64,000 nucleotides of DNA from Candidatus Hydrogenedentales bacterium (lineage in GTDB: Bacteria; Hydrogenedentota; Hydrogenedentia; Hydrogenedentales; SLHB01): contig JBMNGZ010000005.1 of the NCBI GenBank assembly GCA_050950105.1, positions 684,168 to 748,167 of the forward strand, read 5' to 3'. The notes below the pieces were generated by a model. That model was not told the DNA's origin. It ran no database searches and was given only the letters and a program-made list of their open reading frames with translations. The position numbers and the translations under genes are program-made. Shown one piece after another: positions 20,913 to 33,300 of this stretch (position 1 is the stretch's first letter; the number at the start of each line of letters is the position of its first letter).

Positions 20913-23900
20913 ATGCACTTTTTGACCCTCGCCTTGATACTCTCGGCAGCTGCGGCGGAACCGCATATCTATGTGGAAAATCTCAGCGTGTCCGCTTCGT
21001 CGCAAACCGGTGGCGCGTATGCGGTGGAAATGGCGATCGACGGTCAGCCCACAACCCGGTGGGCCAGCGCGGGCAAGGCTTCCATGCCGCAGTGGTTCGA
21101 ACTGCGTTTCGCCAAACCAGTCGAGCTGGACACCCTGCTCCTGCACATCCCCGCAGATCATCTGTATGCGGCCTGGAAGGACGTCGAAATCTCCTTTTCC
21201 GACGGTAACCCCGTCTTGCTGACCCTGGACGTCAGGGATTCGCGCCCTGTTATCCGGTTTGAAGCGCGTACAACGCAGACGGTGCGCATGACGATCCGCT
21301 CGGTGTATGAAGCCCGCCATTATGTCGGCCTTTTCGAGATTCAGGCGGCCCTTGACCCCGACCACCAGCTCGAAAGCCCGGGCGCCCCGCCACGGCCGAA
21401 ACAGAAGGACGATATTGTCGTGCGTGGCCGGACAGAGCATCCCTGCGTGAACCTCCTGCAGGCGGATGTGGATGCCGCGCGGAAACGATGCGAAGAATTC
21501 GAATGGGCCAGAGCCAGAAGGGATGCCATCATCGAGGCTGCGGAGCCCTGGTTGCGCGAGTCGGATGACTACTGGCTGCAGTTTCTTCCCGAGCCGGGCG
21601 CCGCCTATGCCTATGGATTCACGGGCGACCCATCGACGGGCGCCCGGTTTGGCAGTGCCTGGTCCGGCGCCCCCTGTACCTGGGGCCGCCCCCGGCAGGT
21701 CCGGGGCGCCAAAGGCCGCTGGTTCCCCAACGAGGAGTATCCGGATCCGGGGACGGGCTACCAGGCCGAAGACGGACGCATCCACTATTTCGTGGGCATC
21801 TACAATGCCTGGGTGACCGAGCAGTGGACCCTTAAGGCCTTGCCCGCGCTGTCGGAAGCGTATCTGCTGACCGGGGAGGAGCGCTATGCTGAGCGCGGCA
21901 TACTGCTGCTGGATGCCCTGGCATCGATCTATTCGGAGTCTACTTCCGGCTCATGGGATTATCCGAGCACCCCCCCGAGCGGACGCCTGGCCCGGCCCTG
22001 GTATCAGGTGGCCCGGACGCTCGTCATGTATGTCGACCACTTCGATTTCATGTACCACAGTCCGGCCATGGACAAACCCTCGCTCCGGCAAGGCATGACG
22101 CGCCGCGAGAACATCGTGAACCATATGCTTCTGGATGGCGCGTACTACTGCTACGAGCACAGCTATCAAGGTGCCTTGCATAACGGACACGCGGATTATG
22201 TGCGGGGCGCCCTGGCCGTAGGCTGCCTGCTCGACATCCCCACCTACATCGACAACGCGGTCACCAGCGCTTTTTCAATCTATACCATGCTCGAGAACAA
22301 CATTGACCGCGACGGGCGGTATCACGAGACGGCGCTCGGCTACGCCATCCATGCGCGAAGCCTGTATCTGACTTTCGCTGATCCGTTGTACAACCTCCGA
22401 AATGCGGAGTATCCCGAGGGCATTAACCTCTACGACGACCCAAAGATGCAGTCAACGCTATGTCTCCCCGAGCTGACGGTCATGTTGGCGGGGCGTATGC
22501 CCAATTTTGGCGATACCGCTCCCGATTTCAAGCATAAACCGATGCCTGCGCGGCCCATGTCGGCCACCGATTACGGGTATCTGGAGCGGCTCTATGCGAG
22601 AACCACAAACGCCGAGCAGCGCGAGGCGTACGGCGCAACGTTGCTGTGGCTCGCAGACGGTGATCTGGCCCGGTTGCGGAGAGAGCAGCGCGAGCCGTGG
22701 CTGCTCTGGCATGCCGCCCCAGAACCCGAAGGGAACCCGGACTTGCCGCCCGAGCTGGCTGCCCGTGTAACAGGTTCCTGGGTGGCCGGCATGAAAGGCA
22801 TGGCCATGCTCCGCTCAGGCGATCAGGCGGCACTCCTTCGCTTCGGACCCAGTCTGAACCACGGCGATCCCGATGATCTGGGCCTCTTATATTACGCAAA
22901 CGGTTACGAACTCACCTACGACATCGGCTATGGCCTGGGCAGTACCCACGTCCACTGTGGCTGGGCCTCGAGCACCGTCAGCCACGCTCTCGTCACCGTC
23001 GACGAATCCAACCAGTTCGAAGAACCCGGTTCCGGCGGCAGCCTGCTCCTCTTTGCCGATCTGCCGGCATCAAACTGGTCCAGGCCACCAGTGAAATGAG
23101 TTATCTGGCCTCCGATGTGAGCGAATACCGCCGTACCCTGGCGCTCATGGGCCGAAGCGGCTATCTTGTGGACCTGTTCCGTGTAACGGGTGGAAAGACG
23201 CATGATTACAGTTTCGGCAGCATCGGCACGAATCTCGAACCCTTTGGCCTGGATGCACTGGAGTCTCGTGAAGGCAGTCTCGCCGAGGGGTATGACTGGG
23301 GCCACCAGATCGGCATGGACGGCGATATCCGCGGCTATCCCAACAAACCGTACTGGAATCCGCCACCCGGAAATGGCTACGGTTTCTTCTTTGACGTGCG
23401 GACCGGCACGCCGCCCGCACTCTGGGGCGGCATCTGGACCCTCGATGGCGAGGAGCCGACCACTTTCCGCATGCACGTGGCCGGAGACCCGGCACAGGCC
23501 ATCTTCGCATCCGCCCCAGGCCTCTATCCCCACATGCCGCTGTCCAGCTACGTGATCGCCCGGCGCCAGTCCAGCGACGGAGCGCCTCTTGCAAGCACGT
23601 TTCTCTCGGTATACGAGCCCGCTGTCCCAGATTCACCATCGCCGCGACTGAGTTCGGTGAAACGGCTTGGTGAACAAGCCGTCGAGATGCTCCCGCGCCG
23701 ACGGTTTTGTCGATGTGCTGCTTGTGGGCGACGGCAGCTTTGACACGTCCTGTGGCCGGGTCGTTTTTCGCGGGGATGCGCTTCACTTGGAAGGAAGAGG
23801 CCGGGAGCTGACCCTCGTCGAGACGCTCGGATGCGCTTATCTGGAACTTGAGGAGCAAAATCCTCCACGAAGGTCCCGCAGCTTTTGAGGCCACGGTGCT

Positions 23901-24369
23901 GGAGGTGGACTCGCCGGGGCGGTCGGTCACGCTCGATGCCGATGTTCCGGAAGGCCTCGAGGATTTTGTGGCTGTCTTTTCAAATCCCGCCTGGACGCGA
24001 AGCGCCGCGTATCACGTTGCGGGGGCTGAGGGCGCGAATCTTCTACTGCGCGCCAATACCTTGACCCTCGGCATCGGCCGCGTCAGCGGGATACTGGGTA
24101 AACAGAGTATCGCCAGCGAGATCACCCACGAATACACCCGAACCGTCAAAAAAGGCCATTCCACCAGATTTTTCGACGGAAAACGTATTGTGGGCGCCAA
24201 TGGAGGGGAAACGCGCGTGACCACCACCGTGCCCGGAACACCCTTGATGGTCGATGTCGAGGACAGCACGGTGCTGTCGGTGGGCGAAACGTTTACCTAT
24301 TACGATCTCGGACCTGGCGACACGGTGCGCATTGCGTGGCCGCGCGTGCATTTGGCGCCGGCTGACTGA
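20913..24369 (+). CDS. Polysaccharide lyase: N-terminal F5/8-type-C (discoidin/CBM32-like) domain plus alginate-lyase/heparinase II/III-like catalytic region. Broken into at least 4 frames, with shifts near 23070, 23695 and 23860.
   Basis: Signal peptide present. AIDGQPTTRWASAG is discoidin-like. NHMLLDGAYY...HNGHADY and YYANGYELTYDIGYGLGSTHVHCGWASSTVSHALVTVDE match heparinase II/III motifs. ORFs 23096..23743, 23667..23888 and 23848..24369 continue the same protein in shifted frames. Confidence 0.6.
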
Positions 24370-24436
24370 AGCGCTTTGAGTCAGATAACGGCGTTCCTGC
24401 CGGGCTCGATGTGCTGGCAGGCCAATCACGCCATCT

Positions 24437-25025
24437 TTGAGTAGACGGGAATCAGTTGACTTCGACGCCCACGCGTGCGAGTGCGCGGCGCAGGTCGTCC
24501 GGAGTGAAGGGTTTTCTGAGGCAAAGGGCGGCGCCATTCTCGATGGCGCCCTCCATCATGCCCGAATCCTCCGAATTGACCATCGCGATGATCTGTGTGC
24601 TGGCGTAGTCGGGGTTGCCTTTGATGCGTCCGCAGATGTTGCCGCCACTGAAACCGGGCATATGCAGGTCGACGAACAGCACATCCGGCCGGAACAGAGC
24701 GATCTGGTGCCCCGCCTCGAAGCCATCCGTCGCAACCCGCCACCTGAAACGAATTCTGAGACCGCTCGAGAAAGCGCTGGATCACGGTTACGACCGATTT
24801 TTCCGTATCGGCAACCAGGATTTTCGTGCCTGCGTCGCGCAGGTCGGCGTGGATAGGGATCTTGTTGTCGCGTAAAAACAGAATCAGGTCTTCGTGTCGG
24901 ATGCGGCGGTGTCCGCCGGGCGTTTTGAACACGTGTATGCGGCCGGCTTCAGCCCATTTGCGGATGGTGTCCGGGGTGACGTGGCAATATTTGGCAACTT
25001 CTGACGTGCTGAATGACTGTTTCAT
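24437..25025 (-). CDS. Response regulator with N-terminal excisionase/MerR-type HTH and REC domain. Frame break near 24700.
   Basis: MKQSFSTSEVAKYCHVTPDTIRKWAEAGRIHVFKTPGGHRRI is an Xis/AlpA-type HTH. KILVADTE ... (frame 2) LFVDLHMPGFSGGNICGRIKGNP...TQIIAMV is a receiver domain. Confidence 0.55.
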
Positions 25026-25643
25026 CGTAACCGTTTAACCAGGGTTCGCTGCTTCGCCAAAGCAACAGGCTGCTCCAGGCGCCGCAAACATGCATTGTAT
25101 ATCCTACCAAAAAGGGATGGCAAATCCGAAAACCGCGGCGAACTCCGCAGTAAACTCACGGAAAGAAAACCCATCCCCAAGCTCAGTCTCGGGCTGGAAA
25201 TATCGGGCTGCCCACGTTTGACGCGCAAAACGGCATGCTAGCATACCGGTTAGATAAAAACAATCACAACGCCAGTGATTTAAGGGTTTTTTATGCTGTT
25301 TTCTTGCCGTATGCCTTCATGGGGTCAATGGTTGCATCTTTTGAGGCGGGATCGGTGAAATTCGATGAAGGGAAGGAAAAGTATGAAATCAAGAGACGGA
25401 AGGTTCGATTGGAAGCGCTCGCAACGAAAAACGAAGATTCGGCGCGCCTTGAGAAGGGGCAGGGTTTCGCCACTGCGTAGCCCGTCCAACGCACTGTATC
25501 GAGCATCGTGCCCTCATGCGGCGGCATCGCAACAGATACAGGTAGAGAGCCTCCCGTAATTTCTGGTAAGGTGTGACGCAAATTCCAGACCATCCGGGGG
25601 CGCCGCGGTGTGGGGCAAAACGGCGCACAGGCATGTACGCACG

Positions 25644-26619
25644 ATGAATTGGGACGGCAACAATACTGAGGATGAGCGCCGCGCCCGGCACTCGGGACCA
25701 GGCGCATGGCGGCGCTTTGGCCTGCTGCTCGCGCTGCTGGCCGTCAGCCTGATTCTCGCGGCGGCCAGGCCCCGGGCAATGTCCGTCGATTACGTCCTGA
25801 CCCTGCTTCGCCAGGTGTCCATCAACGGGATCCTGGCGGTGGGAGTGACCCATGTACTGCTGACGGGGGGCGTCGACTTGTCGCTGGGTTCGGTGGTGGC
25901 GCTGGCGGGCGTGGTCGCGGCCACCTTTGCCCATCCGGGCGACTATGCGCTGGCCCTGCCTCTGCTGCTGGGCCTCTGCACCGGGGCGCTTTGTGGCGCC
26001 GTGAACGGCCTGGTCGTAACCTGGGGGCGGGTCGCACCGTTCATTGCCACCCTGGGCATGATGACGGCGGCGCGCGGGCTTGCCTACATCATCAGTGGCG
26101 GCCGCCCCGTTTCACGCCTGCGGCCGGAATTCAATGCTATTGGCAGCGGCAGTCTCTTGGGGATCCCGGTTCCGGTGGTCCTTCTGGCGGTGGTGGCGTT
26201 GCTATCGATGATCTTCCTGAGATATACCCGGGCGGGACGGCACCTGTACGCGACGGGCGGGAACGAGGTCGCGGCGTATGCGTCGGGCATCAATACGCAT
26301 CGGGTCAAAGTGTTGGCGTACCTCCTGTGCGGCACCCTGGCAGGTCTGGCGGGCATCGTGCAGGGCCGCCCGTAGCACCACGGGCCAGGCCAACGCCGGG
26401 ATGATGTATGAACTCGACGCTATCGCCTCGGTAGTCATCGGCGGAACCAGCCTCGCGGGCGGGGTTGGCGGTGTTGGTGGAACGCTTTTGGGGGCCCTGC
26501 TGATGGGGATGATCAGCAGTGGACTGGATATGCTGAATGTCCCCTCGTATTACCAGCAGGTAGCGAAGGGACTTATCATTATTGGCGCGGTTATGCTGGA
26601 TCGGTGCGGATCAAAGTGA
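25644..26619 (+). CDS. Sugar ABC transporter permease (RbsC/branched-sugar type). Frame break near 26300-26375.
   Basis: Multi-TM protein with ...GGVDLSLGSVVALAGVVAA... and C-terminal ...DAIASVVIGGTSLAGGVGGVGGTLLGALLMGMISSGL in a second frame. Confidence 0.65.
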
Positions 26620-26656
26620 AACGGCCCGAAACGGGCACTACAGGGGAAGAGAGACG

Positions 26657-27620
26657 ATGGGGATTGTGCGAAAAACCGGGGTTATTGCAGTGATCGCCGC
26701 GTTAGCGGCTGGGACGCTCCAATGCGGCCAGGGCGGCCCTGCGCCGGACGGCGAAAGGGCCGCTGCTGCGGACGGCAAGCGTGTCATTGGCGTGTCGCTT
26801 TTGAATCTGTCGAACGAATTCATCGTGCTGCTTGAACAGGCGATGAAGGAGGAAGCGGCGAAGCAGGGCGTGCGCCTGATCGTGAATGACGGCAATCGCA
26901 GCGCCGAGCGGCAAGTGCAGCAGATCGAAAATTTCCTGCTTCAGAAGGTGGATGCCATCCTCCTCAACCCGTGTGAACACGAGGCCAGCTCACCGGCCGT
27001 CGATAAGGCCCTCGCCGCCGGCGTCCCCATCGTCAATGTGAATTCCCAGACCCGTTCCACGCCCACGGCCTTTGTAGGGTCTCGGGACGAAGAATCCGCC
27101 CAGCTTGCCATGCAGTACATCGCGGAGCGCCTGGATGGCTCAGGCCATATCGTCATGATGCAGGGATTTATGGGCCAGACGGCTCAAATTGACCGCGAAC
27201 GCGGCGCACAGGAGGTGCTGGCCCAGTATCCCCAGCTGAACCTGCTGGCGGCCCAGACCGCCGAATGGGACCGCGCAAAGGCCGTCACCTTGATGGAAAA
27301 TTGGCTTCAATCTTACGGGGAGCAGATTAACGCGGTCTTTGCACAGAACGATGAGATGGGCATGGGCGCAGTCCTGGCCCTCGAACAGGCTGGAATGAAA
27401 GAGCGGGTGGTGGTCGCGAGTGTCGACGCCATCGCCGACGCGCTGGAGGCGGTCCGGGCCGGCCGCCTCGATGCGACGGTATTTGCAAGACGCGCGAAGC
27501 CAGGGAAGCACAGCCGTGCAGACCGCCTGTGCGATTGTGTCGGGTCAACCCTTCGAAAAGGAGGTCTTCATTCCATTCCGCCTGGTCACTCTCGACAACG
27601 TCGACGCCTATCTGCCGTAA
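26657..27620 (+). CDS. Sugar ABC transporter periplasmic substrate-binding protein (RbsB-like). Frame break near 27480.
   Basis: Lipoprotein-like start. VIGVSLLNLSNEFIVLLEQAMKEEAAKQGVRLIVNDGN ... AILLNP ... the C-terminus continues in ORF 27420..27620 (QPFEKEVFIPFRLVTLDNVDAYLP). Confidence 0.65.
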
Positions 27621-27634
27621 CCGGGCGTGGGTAT

Positions 27635-29457
27635 TTATTTCGAGATCGAGAGGCGGTCGCGTTCCTCGCCATCCGCGCTGAACGTGCGCAGTTCGAGCGT
27701 ATTTCCGTCGAGACGCAGGGTCTGGTAAAGCGCGGGCCCAGAGAAGATGACATCGGCGTAGGGGGGGGCCTCGCCGCTCCAGTCGCGTGAGGGGATACCT
27801 ACGGAAACCAGGTAGATCGTGCCCTCCGCAGGAGAGGCGACCGGCTCGCCCCCATACAGCGGTTTGCTGCGCAGGTAATGGTGCACGTGGCCGGCGAAGA
27901 CCATGTCGACATGGTAGGCGTCGAAGACGGGTCCCCAGATGGCGCGCAGGCGCGGGTAATCTTCGGTGGGCGCGTACGGCGGGAAATGCACCATGGCGAA
28001 TTTCCAGGTGGCGGAGCTGTTCGCCAGACGCGTTTCCATCCAGGCCGCCTGGGTTTCCAGCGGCGTGGCGATGTCCAGTATGAGGAACAGGGCGTTCCCG
28101 TATTCAACGCTGTACATGCGTTCCGGTTCGACCCCGTCGGGTCCATTTCGGGGCAGGCCGAACATATCGAGATACATCCCCGCCCCCAAACCGTCCTGGT
28201 CGTCGTGGTTGCCGATACAGGGCACGACGGGGCACTGCCGGAACACTTCTGTAGACAGCGCGAAAAACTGGTCCCAGTCATCCCGGTAGAGGGCCCGTGT
28301 TGACCAGGTCGCCACCGAGGAGGTAGAACGCGGTCTCGGGATGACGGGCATAGGCCTGGCCCAGCAATCTCACCCCAGTGCGGTGAGCAGTGTGTGTCGC
28401 CGATGAAAACAAACGTGAACGGGGCGGAGGATGCAGGCGCCGTGGTAAACACGGTTTCGTCCGACCAGGCGCCGGTCGCGGGGTCCCCGGCCCGATACGT
28501 GTACGCGGTTCCCGGCTGGAGCCCGGTCAATGTAGCGGTAAATCGGTGGCAAACGGGGTCATTGGCGAGCAAGCGGTCCTTGATAAGCGCCCGTTCAGCA
28601 GGGACCGTTTGCCAGGGTGTGCTGTCCGAAGCCTGTTGCGGGCGATACTGGACTGCGCCGCGTTCGATGGCCGTCGTGTTTCGCCACTGGATTGTCTGGG
28701 TGGTGGTGGGCTCGTCGCTCCAGGTCAGCACCACGTGGTCAGGCTGTTCACTGGCGGGATAGCTCGTCTGCCGGAATGCGCCGATGAGATGCGCTTCACG
28801 GGCGCGCCCCCGCACCGTAGTGAGCAGGACATGCCCCGTGAGTTCGGGGGGGACCTCTTCGAGGACAAGCTCGGTCCAGTCGTGATAGGTCAACGCGCCT
28901 ACACTCATGAGGCTTTTGGAATATTCGGCGGGCATAAGGTTGGTCACGCGCAGTGGCGTGCCCGTGCGTTGCGGCCCCACGGCGACGAAGTAGTGCGGGC
29001 GGTGTTTGTCGAATCCATTGATGCCCAGCTCAACGCGGCCCGCATCGAAACGTTTCTGCCAGACCTCGTAGGTATAGTGATCGTTTCGGACGGTAAGCGC
29101 GGTTTTTTGGAACCCTGCCTCAGTCAGCCAGAACGGCATCACCGCCTGTTCATTGTGGCGCATTACCGATACCACCACAGGGACATTCACATCGAAGGTC
29201 CAGTATTTCGTGGCAAGTACCGTTCGCTCTTCCGGGGTGATGAAGGTCCCGATGGCTTCGTTGTCAAGCGCGGCCAATTCATCGATATTTAACGATTGAT
29301 ACATGCGTTCGACGACCCGATCCATGACCGTGGCCACTTCGGGGGCCGGCTCGGCCTGCACAGCAACTGACAGGCATATGAAAGAAAGGCCGGCAACGAG
29401 GGCGGCCTTTCGCAGAAAATGTGATCTCGAAGGCATCGCTGTTCTCCTTGATTGCAC
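27635..29457 (-). CDS. Secreted purple-acid-phosphatase-like metallophosphoesterase. Frame break near 28300-28350.
   Basis: Signal peptide present. N-terminal FN3-like region ... FVFIGDTH (ORF 27799..29457), then in a second frame CIGNHDD ... AMVHFPPY ... FAGHVHHY metallophosphatase motifs (ORF 27635..28351). Confidence 0.65.
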
Positions 29458-29598
29458 ACCAGTATCGGAACGCCTCTCAGTATAGCGGATTCTGCGGCCC
29501 GGCCGAACCGGCCTCAGGTGTATACTTTGGGGGCGCCGCCGTTCTGAACCCGGAGGAATGCAGACGCAGGCATCTCGGCGGGCTTTACGGCACTGCGT

Positions 29599-30333
29599 TT
29601 GAATTCAATGAGCCTGTTTACAGGAGTTTTGTCAATGACCGGCCAAGCCACCTGGCAGTACGATGAGTTTACCTGCACCGGTACCGATTACGGAGACCCG
29701 GAAGAGGTGTCGCACTACGAAGCGCGGATGAGCGAACTCCGCGATTTTGATGTGGAGGCCGGGGAGATTATGACCGCGATTGGTCTTGCCCCCGGGCACA
29801 CGCTTCTCGAAATGGGCATGGGTACGGGATGGTTTGCCCTGCGGGCCACGGCGCACTGCCGGTTTGTGTATGCCTGCGACGTGTCCCGGGCGATGATCGA
29901 GCACGCTCGCCGGCGGGCGGATCGGGAAGGCATCCAAAACATTGCCCTCCATCATGCGGGTTTTTTGACCTATGAACACGAAGGCGGCCCGGTCGACGCA
30001 GTGGTTTCGCAGCTTGCCCTGCACCACATTCCCGATTTCTGGAAAGCCATTGCGCTGCAGCGCATCGCGGCAGCCATGAAACCCGGCGGCATGTTCTGGT
30101 TCAAGGACGTGGTCTTCGGGTTTGATCCCGGCGACTACACGCGGGCATTCGACGAGGCGCTAGCGTCATTCCCGGCCGCATTTCATGATCCATGGGTCGG
30201 GCACGTTAATCGCGAATTCAGCACGCAATCGTGGATCATGGAGGGACTTCTCGAGCGGGCGGGGTTCCGCATCGAGTCCGTTGCGCCAGGCCCGCTCCTG
30301 GCAATAAGCTACCTGTGCCGCAAACCGGGATAA
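29599..30333 (+). CDS. Class I SAM-dependent methyltransferase
   Basis: LEMGMGTGWFALRA (motif I) ... YACDVS ... GMFWFKDVV. Confidence 0.7.
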   Translation: MNSMSLFTGVLSMTGQATWQYDEFTCTGTDYGDPEEVSHYEARMSELRDFDVEAGEIMTAIGLAPGHTLLEMGMGTGWFALRATAHCRFVYACDVSRAMIEHARRRADREGIQNIALHHAGFLTYEHEGGPVDAVVSQLALHHIPDFWKAIALQRIAAAMKPGGMFWFKDVVFGFDPGDYTRAFDEALASFPAAFHDPWVGHVNREFSTQSWIMEGLLERAGFRIESVAPGPLLAISYLCRKPG

Positions 30334-30345
30334 ACCCGCCCGCCG

Positions 30346-33300
30346 TTACTGGGCGGCAAGCTCTACCACAGCCTCCGTGGATGTTCCCGTGGCGGTGTCG
30401 CGAAAGACCAGGCGCCAGGCCCCCGCGGGATCATTGAGTGCAAACGGAATCGTGCCTTTCCCCCGGCCGAGCGCACAGGCGAGGTTCTGGCTGTATTCTC
30501 GGTGCGGGCGTTCGCTTTCAGGTGCGAAAACGTCCACGCGCACCACGTGAAACTGAGGCTGTACGCCTTCTACGGAAACGGCCGCGGCCATTTCGAGCGT
30601 GCCTCCAAGAGCGCATTCCGGCGCAACGTCAACTTCGAGACCGGCCACCGCATACGGCATAAGCGCGAAGAGTCTTGGGTTTCCCCGTGAGATGGTTGTC
30701 TTCCAGTTCGCGGTCGGCGTATTCGATACGGAGCGTCCCGCCCGCACATCGTAGACATACGCCGGCGCGTCAATGGTCACGATGAATTCCTGTGGCTCGA
30801 GGTTGCGAACCAGGATGTCTTGCTGCAGGGCCAGGTAGCGCAGCGCGCCGTCCTCGAAGAGGATCTGTTCGATGCAACGGGCCGGCTGCCCCTCGACGGC
30901 CAATTGTGCGGAAGGATTGACTCCCGCCAGCGCCAGATAGCGCGTTAATGGGTCCAGCAGCGTGCGTTCGCGCCCCTCGGCCCGCAGGGCCGTGGCGGTC
31001 GTGAACGGCACATTGAGCAGCACGGCATGCCCGTCGCCAACGGCATGGATGATGAAGCAGGGCGCTTTTCCGGCTGCCTCTGCACGACCATCCGCCGGCG
31101 TGATGCCTGGCTCCAGTACGCTTGCTTCCATCGGCTCGCCCATCAGTTCAAAAGTGCCGGTCTCCGGAGGCGCCTTGAAGGCTTCCAGACCCGCCGGAGA
31201 TTGCACGCCAAATAGCGCGTCCAACGGCCGCTGCTCCCGAATTTCGCCGTTGCCCGTAAGCAGCGCGCTGCGACCGTCTGCAATGACCACCCCGCCTCGC
31301 TGTGCAAAGGCGTGCACGGACTGCACCAGGCTGTCGGACAGGCAGGTGGCGAGCGGCAGGACCAGCGTCCGGTACTCTTCCAGGCAGGCCGGATCCGCCT
31401 CGATTTCCGCGGCAGCGACGAAGGTATACTGGTATCCGGCGTCTTCGAGCGCATGCATGACGCCAATCAGATTCCTCTGCCAATCGGGAAGAGGCTTATC
31501 GTGCGGCATGGCGTTGAGGAGTCTGGCCGCGAAGAGATCGGCCTGGTTGTAGAGGACCGCGATCCCCGAATCATCCCGCTGGGCGTGGAGCAGCAAACGG
31601 CCCGGCCCCGCCTTGATCTTCGCCGCGCTGTCGAAAAACCATTTTCCCATGTGCGAGATGGACATGTCCGGGTTGAAGGGGATGTAGTCGCAGCCCCACG
31701 AGGTCCACCACCAGCCGGAATTGTGCCCGCGAAACAGGGTGTGCCAGAGGATCGCAGAAAAGCCGTCTTCCTTGTCCGCGACCGCATTGCCCCATTCGCC
31801 GGTAAGTGCGCCGGGCTGTTTGAATGAACGCACGAGTTCGCCCTGGAGTGGATAGGAGGTGTACACCTGGTTAAGCTCAAGATTGCGCGAGAGTTTGTAG
31901 AAATCGTATCCGGCCTGCCAGTGGTAGGTCAGGAATCCGTCCCAGCCAACTTTTGCGCCCGCATCTTCGCCGCGCACAACGTCGGCAAAGGTCTCGTGCA
32001 GGTCCGCAAACGCGTCATCCATGAAGCAGCGGAAGTCGAACCACGCTGCGAAAGAGGCGGTCTGGTCCCGGGCTTCTTCGAGCAACATTGGCTCGCCGAG
32101 GGCATCGAAACTGGCGTGGCCGGTCCTCCAGGCCGCGTTCAGGGCGTCGATGTCGGGATAGCGCTGTTGCAGCCACGTCTTGAATGCCGCCGTGCTCTCC
32201 GGCGACACGTCGACCTCCGTGCCGCTGCGGGCCAGGTAATTCTCGTCGCCCAGGGTGTACGCCGGTGGCTGATACGGCGCGGCTTGGCGGCAACTGATTT
32301 CCATCGAAGCCTGTTCACGCTGAATCCACCCCTGGTCGAAGAGGCTGGGTTTCAGGATATGGTCCTCGGTGGCCTCTCCGGCAATGCGCGTCACGTAGGG
32401 GACGATCCGCTGGCCCGATTCGGCCGCCAGGGCATATTCGCGCGCGGCGCCCGCATCGCTGTAGCCGCGCATATGGCAGAGATCCATCATGTCCGAACCG
32501 AGTTCGTAGCAGAGGCGGTTTTCGGTGCGCAGGGTGAGATCTCCTTCCGCATAAGACCACATCAAGACGGTGAAATCGTCGTAGGGGTAGGGCACTGTGG
32601 CCGTGAACCGCAGCTGAGCCGTCGCCAGCAGCTCTCCTTCTCCCCAGAGACGCGCGCTAAGGCGATGAGGGACGGCCATCGGACGCGGGAAGTGGACATC
32701 GAGCGAGGCCTGTCCATCCGCCGTTACAAGGCTTTCTCCACGCGCGGTGATCCGGTCCAGACAGTCCTGAATCTCGAATTCCACGCGCAGTGTACCGTCT
32801 TCAGGCGCCGGAGTGACGGCGGCCGTGAGGGTCAGTGGGCCGCCTTCCGGCAGATCCACCCGCGGCGGCGCAGTTTCGTGATTTTGACCGGACGGGGTCA
32901 CCTCGAGCGAGGCCAGGGCGTATTCCGGTGCGATCTGCAGGATCGTGCCTCCTATCCCGACACATTCGTTGGAGTCGTTCAGCGCGACGATGTCGAGATA
33001 ATAGGCGTGCATGGCGGGCAAGGGGGGAATCCGGAGACAGGTTCGGGTTTCATCGAGCAGATCGTCCCCCAGGGCCAGCACGGCGTCAGTTTCGTCCTGA
33101 ATGCGTACGCGCACTTGAGTGAATTCAGCGCCGGAGAAATCCACCGGCAATTCGCTCGCGGTAGCCGCCATGGTCGGCGCCAGCGATTCGCCGAAGGTGA
33201 TGCGGGAGGGGAGAGGCCGTTTCGCCGCGGCGGTCCAGAGCAGAGCATGCAGGGCGAGCAGACGATCATCCGCGCCGTCCAGTCCCTGCTTTAGAGAATT

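Noticed and set aside
25235-25480. 81-aa ORF in the long intergenic region as a real gene
   Set aside because: No signal, TM, RBS or recognisable motif. It sits in a probable regulatory region. Kept only as a note in the findings.
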